In this document: in pieces, positions 49,284 through 58,656 of the stretch
How the letters are laid out: every line of letters starts with the position of its first letter
Position numbering within the stretch: the first letter of the stretch is position 1
Assembly: GCA_963845565.1 (NCBI GenBank)
Contig: CAWJSJ010000002.1
Coordinates: 2,464,001-2,528,000, forward strand
Length of the DNA stretch: 64,000 bases
Direction of reading: 5' to 3'
Source of the DNA: an uncultured Methylomirabilota bacterium
GTDB taxonomy: Bacteria; Methylomirabilota; Methylomirabilia; Methylomirabilales; 2-02-FULL-66-22
The notes under the pieces: generated by a model
Told to the model about the DNA's origin: nothing
What the model saw: only the letters and a program-made list of their open reading frames with translations
Database searches by the model: none
Made by a program: the position numbers and the translations under genes

Positions 49284-50059
49284 GGGGCGCCCCCTGCATC
49301 CTTCACCAGGGCGACGGCACGAACCCACGCCCCGCCCGCCTGATGGACCTTGACCGGGAAGGCACAGACAAGGAACCCGACGTGGGGGAGACGATCGAGG
49401 TTCGTTAGCCACTCGAGGATGCACATGCCGTATTCCCCCGCGGCCCGATGCCCCTGCATGTACGCGTTCCGGTTCCGGCCCTGGCGCAGATCCGCAAGCT
49501 GCATCTCGACGGGTCGATCCCAGATGCCGGAGTCAATGCCAACGACGCGGATACCTTGCCGGCCCAGCCAGGCGGTCGCCTCTGCCGTCACACCCGGATT
49601 CATCCGGTCGCACCCCGGCTCCCCGTAATGCGCAGCGGTTCCGGTTCGGAGTAACACGATGTCCCCGGGCTTCAGGGTGTACTCGATGGACGCCAAGGCG
49701 CTGCGGAGGTCCGGGACGAGAATGTCGTCACCGGGCTGCTTGCCGCTGAGATCGAGCCAGACGCCGTCTCCCATGCACCAGTCCAGCGGGATCTGGTCAA
49801 TGGTAAGTGCCGGACTCTTGCCTGTCGTGGCGCCATAATGCCACGGGGCATCCATGTGTGTGCCAGTATGGGTGGTGAGGAAGTGGAACTCCTCCATGGC
49901 GTTCGCGCGACCGCCGAGGTCTTCCGGATCCAAACCGGCGCGCTCCGCGACGAGGCGGCCGCGGGTTGCGTGGTCGAGGTAGCTGATCCGGGCGGGCATG
50001 AGAAATCCGCCCCCGTTTTGGAGAGGAAGGCTCAGGTCTACGATCCGGTAGCCGTTCAT
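49280..50059 (-). CDS. Cyclase family (kynurenine formamidase-like) protein
   Basis: HTGTHMDAPWH, GDIVLLRTG, VGID, RAVA. Confidence 0.9.
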   Translation of the reverse strand: MNGYRIVDLSLPLQNGGGFLMPARISYLDHATRGRLVAERAGLDPEDLGGRANAMEEFHFLTTHTGTHMDAPWHYGATTGKSPALTIDQIPLDWCMGDGVWLDLSGKQPGDDILVPDLRSALASIEYTLKPGDIVLLRTGTAAHYGEPGCDRMNPGVTAEATAWLGRQGIRVVGIDSGIWDRPVEMQLADLRQGRNRNAYMQGHRAAGEYGMCILEWLTNLDRLPHVGFLVCAFPVKVHQAGGAWVRAVALVKDAGGAP

Positions 50060-50075
50060 GCAGCCCTCCGCGGAT

Positions 50076-50522
50076 TCAGTCATATGCCAGGCGCGTCGTC
50101 TCGTCGCACAGGGTCGGCTCCAAAAGCGGGCGCCATTCCGGTGCACTCCAGGTTCCCAGATTGGTGTGGGTCGTGAAGTATTTCTGCGGGATCGGATGCG
50201 TTCCCACGACCACAGGCACGCCATACTTCTCTTCGATGAAAGCCTGAAACCGGGGCAGATGCTGGCACGGCGGATACCCGACGACGAGCCCGGTGGCCAG
50301 ATGGATGACCGTGGCACCGTTCTTCTTCATCTCCTCGGGGGCATACTCGATGTTGCCGCCGGGACAGCCCGCGCAGGTCGTGTAGCCGACCAGCTCGACG
50401 TCCTGGCCGCGATAGCGGGCGAAGGCACCCTCGCGATTACGCAGCGACCGCAAGCACTTGCCTCCCGCACAGGTGTGGTACCGGTGGCAGATGATGATCC
50501 CGACACGGACAGGCGTTTCCAT
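50076..50522 (-). CDS. CGGC domain protein
   Basis: CAGGKC, CAGCPG, GYPPC, VVVGTH. Confidence 0.88.
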   Translation of the reverse strand: METPVRVGIIICHRYHTCAGGKCLRSLRNREGAFARYRGQDVELVGYTTCAGCPGGNIEYAPEEMKKNGATVIHLATGLVVGYPPCQHLPRFQAFIEEKYGVPVVVGTHPIPQKYFTTHTNLGTWSAPEWRPLLEPTLCDETTRLAYD

Positions 50523-50621
50523 GGCGCTCCCTGTGTTGTGTGCATCAGCAGAATGTGGATGGACGCGAGCCGGGAACCGCGCCGGTTGTCGCGGCCCCGG
50601 CCCCATGATGTTCGACGACGG

Positions 50622-51593
50622 CTACTTCTTCTTCAGCAAGCCCACGGAATCCAATATCGGTTCCAGGCTCTTCTCCATGCCGACCAGGAACTGCTCGAAC
50701 TGCTGGTGGTCCATGTAGGTCCGCGGCAAGGCCAGCTTGTCCATCAGGGCGATATATTCCGGATCCTCCGCGGCTTTCTTGAACCCATCTCGGAGGATCT
50801 GCAGGGCCTCCGGCGGCGTTCCCTTTGCCACGGTGAGGCCCCGCCAGTCGAACACCGGGTTCTCGATGGGGAACCCGGCCTCGGCGAACGTCGGGACGTC
50901 CGGAAACGCCGGATGTCGCGCGGGGCTATTCGCGCCGAGCAGCCGTATCTGCTTGACTTGGTAGAACTGCAGCACTTCGTCCATGCCAGTCGTGGCCACG
51001 CTGACGTGACCCCCGACAAGCGCGGTGCGCGTGGGTGCCGCGCCGTCGAACGGGACGAAGGTGAATTTCAGTCCGTACTTATTCGCCAGTGAGGCGGCAG
51101 CGAGATGCCACGCCTGGCCAGGCCCGGCATGCCCCACGGTCAGGACGCCGGGGTTCGCCTTGGCGTAGTCAACGAGATCTTTCATGGTCTTGAACGGAGA
51201 GTCCATCCGCACTGACAATCCGGCCTGGCTCCGGTTCAACAGCGCGATCAGGTCAAAGTCCCGATAGGAAAGATCGGACATGCCGAGGAGCCGATAGGCG
51301 CTCAGGTGGAAGGTCACAACCGCCACGGTGTACCCGTCCGGCTTGGACATGGCGACCGAGTTCATACCCACGACGCCGGTCCCGCCCACGCGATTGATCA
51401 CGTTCATGTTCACGCCGAAGAACTTCTTGCTGTTCTTGACCAGCGTGCGGGCGAGCGTGTCTGTCCCACCCCCCGCCGCCCAAGGGACGACCAGGGTGAT
51501 ATCCCTCTCGGGGAAAGCGGCGAGGGCAGAGAGGGGGAGTGCAATGGACGCGACTAGAATGGCCACCAGCCCCAACCCACATCTCGATTTCAT
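50622..51593 (-). CDS. Tripartite tricarboxylate transporter substrate-binding protein (TctC/Bug)
   Basis: FPERDITLVVPWAAGGGTD, PDGYT, VPFDGAA. Confidence 0.92.
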   Translation of the reverse strand: MKSRCGLGLVAILVASIALPLSALAAFPERDITLVVPWAAGGGTDTLARTLVKNSKKFFGVNMNVINRVGGTGVVGMNSVAMSKPDGYTVAVVTFHLSAYRLLGMSDLSYRDFDLIALLNRSQAGLSVRMDSPFKTMKDLVDYAKANPGVLTVGHAGPGQAWHLAAASLANKYGLKFTFVPFDGAAPTRTALVGGHVSVATTGMDEVLQFYQVKQIRLLGANSPARHPAFPDVPTFAEAGFPIENPVFDWRGLTVAKGTPPEALQILRDGFKKAAEDPEYIALMDKLALPRTYMDHQQFEQFLVGMEKSLEPILDSVGLLKKK

Positions 51594-51682
51594 GACGGCC
51601 TCCCGTTGGCGAGCCGACGTATGCGGCCCGCGATCGCACGAACGGTTGCGGTGAGCACGGCAGACAGGGATCGCCTCCTTTC

Positions 51683-52720
51683 TCAAGCGAGTGTGCCTTC
51701 GGTGAGGTACCCTGCCCGACGGGCGATCGCCACACCACCGAGAATGGCAAGGCGGTCAACCTCCTCGATGGCCGAGATCTCCCGGATCTCCCGGATCACT
51801 CCGTGGTACCGGCCGAGCAGGTAGCGGAAGAGCCGGCACCGTGCCGGATGGCCGATGAGGACGAAGGGTACGTCCGGGGCGAAGCCGAGCAATGGAAAGT
51901 CGCGAAAGGCTTGGAGGTCTTCAGCGGCAATGGCAGCCTCCAGGAAGAGCCGGCGCAGCGGCGCCGGGACGCCGAGGAGCACCTCCAGGAAGCGGGGCAT
52001 GAGCAGCGCCCGCAAGAACCCGGCGTGGACGACGGCGTCGTAGGCACTCTCGACGACTTCAATGTCCAGAGCGTCGGAGTCGGCCTCCGGCGCCTCGACG
52101 GACTTGCCGATCGAGGTACCCTGGCGGATGGCCTCGAAGACCTGGCCGCTGAGGGTGGTCAGGGACCCGGCGATCTTCCCCTCCATCGTCACCGGAATGT
52201 ACTTGGTGTGCGAGCTGAGTACGACCGCCGTGAATGGCGGCGCCGGAATCCCGGGGAGCGCGAGGAGACCCATGATCTGAGTCTCCTCTCCCCGCATGAA
52301 GTCCACCCGGCGAATGTCGCGGTAGGTGGCCTCGGCAGGGTAGGCGTTCTTGAGGCCTCGAATAAAGACAAGCTGGACATCGACCGGGAACACGGTCTGG
52401 TCCCGCACCGGCAACACACCAGTGGCCAGGTCGTCGAGCCCCGCCGGTGCCGTCAGATGGGGAATCTCCAGGAGCCCGATCTCGGAGGTGATCATCCCCG
52501 AGGTGACCGCGCAGGCGAGATCCCGAACTTGGAGGCCAGCCTCGCGCACCGTGCGCTCGAAGAGCTCCGCGAGTCCATCCCGGAGGGTTTGCCGGGAGCC
52601 ACTGATGGCGGTGTCGCGGACGCCGATCTTCTTCGTCCCCTTGGCGATGACGCCCAGCCGGTCGTTCAACAGATACACGCGGGAGTTCGTCGTCCCGCAG
52701 TCGATCACGGCAAGATGCAT
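51683..52720 (-). CDS. dgoK: 2-dehydro-3-deoxygalactonokinase family
   Basis: IDCGTTNSR, SGMITSEIG, DFMRGEETQ, SHTKY. Confidence 0.88.
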   Translation of the reverse strand: MHLAVIDCGTTNSRVYLLNDRLGVIAKGTKKIGVRDTAISGSRQTLRDGLAELFERTVREAGLQVRDLACAVTSGMITSEIGLLEIPHLTAPAGLDDLATGVLPVRDQTVFPVDVQLVFIRGLKNAYPAEATYRDIRRVDFMRGEETQIMGLLALPGIPAPPFTAVVLSSHTKYIPVTMEGKIAGSLTTLSGQVFEAIRQGTSIGKSVEAPEADSDALDIEVVESAYDAVVHAGFLRALLMPRFLEVLLGVPAPLRRLFLEAAIAAEDLQAFRDFPLLGFAPDVPFVLIGHPARCRLFRYLLGRYHGVIREIREISAIEEVDRLAILGGVAIARRAGYLTEGTLA

Positions 52721-52757
52721 GGTCGTCTCTCCGGTTCCGATGCCGCGTCGTTCCCGA

Positions 52758-53642
52758 TTAGCCCAGGAACCCCGCCTTCACTAGCTCCTCTCGCATTGCC
52801 GCCGTCTCGCGGTCGCCGAGAGCGATGAAGGGCTCGCGCGGGCAGGCGTCGCAGACACCACGAATCTTCAAGAGGGCATAGACCGCCACGACCGTGGACT
52901 TGGCCAGGTACATGATGTCCCGGAGTTCGTTGACCCTGGCCTGGAGCGTTCGTGCGCGATCCATCTGGAACGTCGTGGCCGCCTCGTGGAGGTCCCGGCA
53001 GATCTCGGGGAAGGCATTCCCGAGTCCCGGGATGAAGGCGCGCACCCCAATCGTGGCCGCGTACAGGAACATCGCCTCGGTGCCAAGGACCACATCGAAA
53101 TCCGGCCGGCGGATCTTCTGCACGAAGTTGGCCAGCGTCATGATGTCGAAGCTGCTGTCCTTGATCCCTGCCACGCCCAGGTCCGCCAGCTCCTGGAGGA
53201 GGGGTACGTCGATCGCGACGCCGGTGAATTTCGGGTTGTTGTACGCATAGACCGGGATCTTCACTGCCTGGACCAGTCGCTCGAAGTAGAGTTTGATGCT
53301 CTCGCGGGTATGATGAAAGTAGTAGGGGACCACCGAAGAGATCGTGACCGCGCCTGCCCCTTCGGCATGCCGAGCCAGCGTCACCGCGTCGCGGACATTG
53401 GTGGCGCCCACATGGACGACGAGTTGGATGGCGGGGGCGATGGTCTTTGCGACAACATCGATCACCCGTTCCTTCTCCTCAATATTCATCAGCGGGCCGT
53501 TGCCGTATGAACCGCAGATGAATAGCCCGTGGACACGCTCGGACAGGAAATGGACCAGCTTCGTCAGGTTGTACTCGTCCAGGCTCCCGTCGGGCGCAAA
53601 CGGAGTGACCATGGGGGGGATAACGCCTTCGAGCTTCTTCAT
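52758..53642 (-). CDS. DHDPS/NanA family aldolase-lyase
   Basis: PPMVTPF, YNNP, GIKDSS. Confidence 0.9.
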   Translation of the reverse strand: MKKLEGVIPPMVTPFAPDGSLDEYNLTKLVHFLSERVHGLFICGSYGNGPLMNIEEKERVIDVVAKTIAPAIQLVVHVGATNVRDAVTLARHAEGAGAVTISSVVPYYFHHTRESIKLYFERLVQAVKIPVYAYNNPKFTGVAIDVPLLQELADLGVAGIKDSSFDIMTLANFVQKIRRPDFDVVLGTEAMFLYAATIGVRAFIPGLGNAFPEICRDLHEAATTFQMDRARTLQARVNELRDIMYLAKSTVVAVYALLKIRGVCDACPREPFIALGDRETAAMREELVKAGFLG

Positions 53643-53834
53643 TGGTGACCTCCGATCGGCGGGCGGTGAGCCCAAGACGATCTTTCCGCGCTTCACGCGT
53701 TCCCTCCAGACATCTACCGCAGGTCCGTCCTCGGGCTGTCGCCGCCGGGCGGTCCGGTTCGTGGCGGGACAGCACTTTCATCATATCATACCGGCGCCGG
53801 CGGGCGACGCGACGACCCTGTGCCAGCGTCTGGG

Positions 53835-54595
53835 TCAGGCGGAACGCACGGGGTTCCGCAGGACACCGATCCCGTCCACGGACACCTCGACGACATCTCC
53901 GGGCTTCATGGCCGCAACCCCGCGTGGCGTGCCTGCGCTGATGATATCCCCGGGGAACAGTGTCATGCACTGGGAGAGGTAGTGCACGAGGAACGGGATG
54001 CTGAAGATCATGTCGCTCAGGGAGGCTTCTTGCATCAGCGTTCCGTTCAGGCGTGTGCGCAGGACCAGCCGAGATGGATCCAGGCCCGTGGCGACGCACG
54101 GACCTACCGGGGCGAACGTATCGAAGCCCTTGGAGCGCGTCAATTGCCCCTGAGCCGCGCTGAGCGGGCGTTCGGTGATGTCGTTCAGGCAGGTGTACCC
54201 CAGGATGGCTTGCGTGGCTTCCTCAAGGGAGACATCTTTGATCTGGCGCTTGATCACCGCGGCCAGCTTCCCCCTCGTAATCCACCTGTTCGGCGACCCG
54301 CGGGAACGACGATGGGGTCGTCGGGACCGATTAGCGTCGTCAGCGGCTTGAGGAAGTGGGCGGGGAATTTCGGCGTGGGCATGCCGATTTCCTCGATGTG
54401 GTCGCGGAAGTTGAGGCCGACACAAAGAATTTTGGTGGGTTCCACCGGGGCCAACAGGCGAACGTCGCCGATCTGGTGAGATGTCGAGCTGATGCGGAAG
54501 TCCCCATAGATGGAACCTGTGACCTCTTTGACGATGTCGTCTTCCCAAACACCGTACCGAACCTGCAGACCTGACTCGAACCGGACAAGCTTCAT
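53835..54595 (-). CDS. Fumarylacetoacetate hydrolase family protein (frameshifted near 54270-54300)
   Basis: KILCVGLNF..H, FLKP; YTCLND, SKGFDTF, PGDIISAGTP in a second frame. Confidence 0.85.
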
Positions 54596-54709
54596 TTCTC
54601 TCTCCCAATTTTTCAAATGTCTCACGCCCTGCGTCTCGTCGTTCCGCTTACCCGAATTACGTGTGGTATTCAAGATCTCCTCGGGAATCCCGCACCGTAC
54701 GCCAGCCTT

Positions 54710-55993
54710 TCACTCCATGAGGAGCGCGGGGAGCCAGAGGCTGACGGCCGGCACGAAGGTGACCAGGAGTAGGACGATGACGTCGGCGATCAGGAACGGG
54801 ATGGACGCCCGGAAGATCGTGACGATGTCGAGCTTCGTGATCGTCGAAGCGACGTTCAGGCACATCCCCACGGGCGGCGTGACCAGGCCGATGGCCATGC
54901 CGACGATCAGGATGGCGCCGAACTGTATCGGGGAGACGCCGAGCGCCTTCATGGCCGGCATGAAGACCGGCGTGAGGAGGATGATCGCCGGGGCCACATC
55001 CACAAAGAACCCGACGAGCAGGATGATGACATCCAGGACGAGCAGGATGACCCAGAGCGGGAAGATCGAGGCCGATGAGCAAGTGCCGCCACCTGGTCCG
55101 GCACGCGCTCCAGCGCCAGGATCCAGGTGTACAGGGCCGGAGAACGCGGTGATGACCATCACATTGGCGCTGATCAGGATGATGCCGCGGAGCATCGGTG
55201 GGACGTGTCCGACTTCAAGCCGCGGAAGACAAGGTGCCCACGGCGAATGCGTAGAGGACACCCACGCCGGCGGCTTCGGTGGCGGTGGTCAGGCCGATGA
55301 CCACTGACCCGATCACGAAGACGGGCATCAGCAGCGGGAGGATACCGTTGTGCAGTCGGCTCAGGATCGCGGGACGGTGAATTGAATATCGCTTCGACGG
55401 GTAGCGCGCTTCGTCGAGATGATGCCGTTGATCGACATCTGTACCAGGCCGATGAGGATCAGACCGGGGATGGCGCCGGACAGGAAAAGCCGGCCGACCG
55501 ACTCCGAGGCGATGAAGGCGATAGATGACCATCGGGATGCTCGGGCGGGATGATCATTCCCGTTGGTGGACGCGGCCACGGTGATTCCGCCGGCGAATTC
55601 GCGCGAGTAGCCACGCCGCTCCATTTCGGGAATCAGGACGGAGCCGATCGAGGCCGCATCGGCCACGGACGACCCGGAGATGCCGCCAGATGATCATGCT
55701 GGACATGACGCAGACCATGCCCAGCCCACCCCGCAAGCCGCCCGACGAGGAGCATGCTGAAATCGATCAGCCGTGCGGTCAGCCCACCCTGGTTCATCAT
55801 CGCGCCCATGAGCATGAACAGGGGGAGGGCCAGCATGAGTTCCGTGTCCATTCCCGGAGAAGACGCGCTGTGGGAATCACCAGCAGGAGCCCCGGCTGGT
55901 ACGGACGAAGTAGAGCAGGCGGACAGGCCCAGCGCGTACGCGATGGGAGCCCCGCACCACGAGGACGGCCAGACCACCGAGCAGGATGAGCAT
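54710..55993 (-). CDS. TRAP transporter large permease DctM (many frameshifts)
   Basis: LALPLFMLMG..MNQGGL, ADAASIGSVLIPEM..GY, SVGRLFLSGAIPG, TATEA, IGLVTPPVG spread over several frames. Confidence 0.8.
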
Positions 55994-56005
55994 GGGCGCC
56001 TCTTC

Positions 56006-56485
56006 TCACCGGCCGCGACACTCCTGCCGGGTATCGGCGAATCGCCAGCCAGAGGGCGTACAGGGCGACCAGCCCGCAACCGACGGGTACGCTCAAGAGC
56101 ACAACGCCTTGCGGGATTCGGAGGACGGGCGAGGGAAACTGACCGACCGAACGAATCCAGGGGATGCTCAGGATGACGACCAACCCGTGTCAGGCGCGAC
56201 CACGAGATAGATTGATCCGTCGCATCCAGCGCCGGGCCCGTGGCGGAAAGCGGTCCACGAACAGCGGGATGGCAATGTGCTCCCCCTTGGCAGAGCAACA
56301 CGGCGGCGCCGATGGCGAGGTGTAGATGAAGCAGAGACAGGGCGAATTCCTGTCCGCCGACGATGGTGGTGATGAAGAAAGTACCGCAGGATGACAAGGA
56401 CGATAATCGGCCACCGTGATGACGAGGAACAGATAACCGAGCAGGACCTCCAGAAAACGGGCCAGCTCGCGGCGAGACGACTCAT
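56006..56485 (-). CDS. TRAP transporter small permease DctQ (frameshifted)
   Basis: VILRYF, GEHIAI, SPVLRIP, SVPVG in different frames. Confidence 0.7.
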
Positions 56486-56567
56486 GACCTGCACCCTTTC
56501 TCCGAGAGGGCGCTGCGGGGCGGTTGCGAGGCCGCCGCAGCGCCCGTGGCGCTCCGAGGGTGACGAG

Positions 56568-57581
56568 CTAGCGCTTAGCCTGGGCCAGGGCGCCGTCAAT
56601 CTCCGCCCGCGTGAAGAAACCCGCGCTTACATAGTGATCCCACACTGGGGTGACCTTCGCCACAAAGGCCTTGTGGTTCTCCGCCGTGATCCGGTTGGAC
56701 TGCAGCTTCTGGGTCAAGAGCGCCTGGTAGTCCTTCTCGGACGCCAACCACACCTCGTCGCTCTTGGCCATGGCCGCCTTGGCCGCGGCGGTGAAGACCA
56801 CCTTGAGGTCGGTCGGAAGGGCCTCGTACCAGGCGAGGCTGACGTAGAACGGATCGGGGTGGATCTGGTAGTTGACCTCGGTGAAATACTTCTGGACCTC
56901 GTAGAACTTCATCTCCACGATGTTCGAGGAGGGGTTTTCCTGCCCGTCCACCACGCGGGTCTTCAAGGCCATGTAGGTCTCGCCGTACGGCACCTGTTGC
57001 GGGCTGGCCCCCAGCGCGGTCATGGTTCGGATGATGGAGTCGATCGGGGGCGTCCGCATCTTGAGACCCTTCATGTCATCCGGGGAGGCAAGCGGCCGAA
57101 CATTGTTGGTGAATTGCCGGAAGCCTCCGGCAACCCCTGTGACCGGCACGTAGAACCCGTTGGCTCGGGCGCCATTATTGATCTGCTCCCCGAAGTCGCT
57201 GCGGATCACCTTCGTCGCCTGCTCGATGTCTGCGAACAGGAAGGGCAAGGTGTACAGGAGGTACTTCTTGTTTGCCCGCTCGAAGAGGGCGCCACGGGTA
57301 CCCTGGATATTCCCCACCTTCACCATGTCCATGAGTTCGGGCTCTTTCCCGAGAACTCCCGCGGCGTAGAGTTCGACCTTGATCTGGCCCTTGGACGCGG
57401 ATTCAAGCTGCTCCTTGAAAAAGATCATGGATTTGTGCCGGGGGTGCGTGTCCGGCTGCGCGTGGGCGAACTTGAACGCATACGTGGCCGCAGAGACGTC
57501 GCCCACCCACGGCGCCGGCCCCAGCGTGACGGAAAGCAAGACGAAGGCCGGTAGAACTGCCCAGGAAAACGTGTGCTTCAT
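56568..57581 (-). CDS. TRAP substrate-binding protein DctP
   Basis: Signal peptide; GFRQFT, DMKGLKMR, VVDGQENP, KFYEVQKY. Confidence 0.93.
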   Translation of the reverse strand: MKHTFSWAVLPAFVLLSVTLGPAPWVGDVSAATYAFKFAHAQPDTHPRHKSMIFFKEQLESASKGQIKVELYAAGVLGKEPELMDMVKVGNIQGTRGALFERANKKYLLYTLPFLFADIEQATKVIRSDFGEQINNGARANGFYVPVTGVAGGFRQFTNNVRPLASPDDMKGLKMRTPPIDSIIRTMTALGASPQQVPYGETYMALKTRVVDGQENPSSNIVEMKFYEVQKYFTEVNYQIHPDPFYVSLAWYEALPTDLKVVFTAAAKAAMAKSDEVWLASEKDYQALLTQKLQSNRITAENHKAFVAKVTPVWDHYVSAGFFTRAEIDGALAQAKR

Positions 57582-57690
57582 GGTGTCCGCTCCTTCTCGT
57601 GGAATTGTCCTTGACGGAGCCCGGGAGGGTCCACGGACTTCTTGTAGCAGCCCTCCCGGGTCTTGGAACCTGTGCTCGGCGAAGGTGAGG

Positions 57691-58407
57691 CTATTTCTCC
57701 ATGGCCGGCTTCCACACCTTCCAGACGTTGCCAACGAGGTTCGGCCCAGGGGTGAGCGTCAGTTCCCCCGGCATCCAGCCTGCCGGCGTGGCCTCTTTGC
57801 CGCCCGAGGCCCGCACGTGTTGGTACGCTTGGATCTGGCGGACCGACTCGGCGAACTTGCGGCCCACCGGCGGGGTGAGTACTTCCATGGCCTGGATGAC
57901 TCCGTCCGGGTCGATGATGAAGCGACCCCGCAGTTCGATCCCTTGGCCTTCGTCATAGACCCCGAACGCCCGGCCGACATTGCCGGCCTGATCCGATGCC
58001 ATGTGGAAGGGGACGCCGCCGTCCACCATCTTCACCAGTTCGTGGTCGTTCCACATCTTGTGGACGAAATGGCTGTCCACACTGACGGAGATGACCTCCG
58101 CGCCCAGCTTCTGCAGGACAGGATACTTGTCGGCGACCGCCGACACTTCCGTCGCTCAGACAAAGGTGAAATCACCGGGGTAGAAGCACAGCAACACCCA
58201 TTTCCCCAGGTAGTCCGACAGCTTGACCGAGGTGAACCCGCCGCGGTAGTACGCCGGGGCGGAGAAGTCGGGAGCCTTCTGTCCTACGCGCGCAGTCACG
58301 ATTTTCTCCTCCTTCTTCGTCGGGGTCTCGGCGGATTGTGGCCCGCCAGTCTCCTGCCCCGCGACCGTCCCGGTCACGCGAGCGCAGCCTTGCGGTTGCT
58401 CTGCCAT
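57691..58407 (-). CDS. prxU: AhpC-type peroxiredoxin with Sec as the peroxidatic residue (PrxU-like)
   Basis: [13 protein letters not shown] (family FTFVCPTE); TGA 58156-58158 in frame; hairpin UGUCGGC-GGUC-GCCGACA. Confidence 0.92.
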
Positions 58408-58528
58408 GTGTCCTCCTTTCCGGGGCGAATGCCCCCGTTTCCTTGGCCGGTTCTGATCGGCATGGTTTCCCGCAGAGTTCCCGCGGGGCCATAACGCATC
58501 GGGCGGACCTCACCAGTACAGTCCGGGA

Positions 58529-58545
58529 GGCATCGCGCGTGCCAG
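58529..58545 (-). promoter_or_regulatory. sigma54 -24/-12 promoter upstream of prxU
   Basis: CTGGCACGCGCGATGCC. Confidence 0.75.
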
Positions 58546-58656
58546 TTGCCCAGCGGAGAGGGAAACGGGATTGCGACAGACGAATGCTGGGCGAGGGGAT
58601 TTAGGGGAGAAGGAAGGGCCTAGAGCGGATTGCGCATTTGCACCTTTGACAGTGGA

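Noticed and set aside
58408..58520. prxU leader resembling a Moco/Tuco RNA (TATGG, GGAAAC, GGAAAGGAG)
   Set aside because: Other core elements were not recognisable by eye; an Infernal search would be needed
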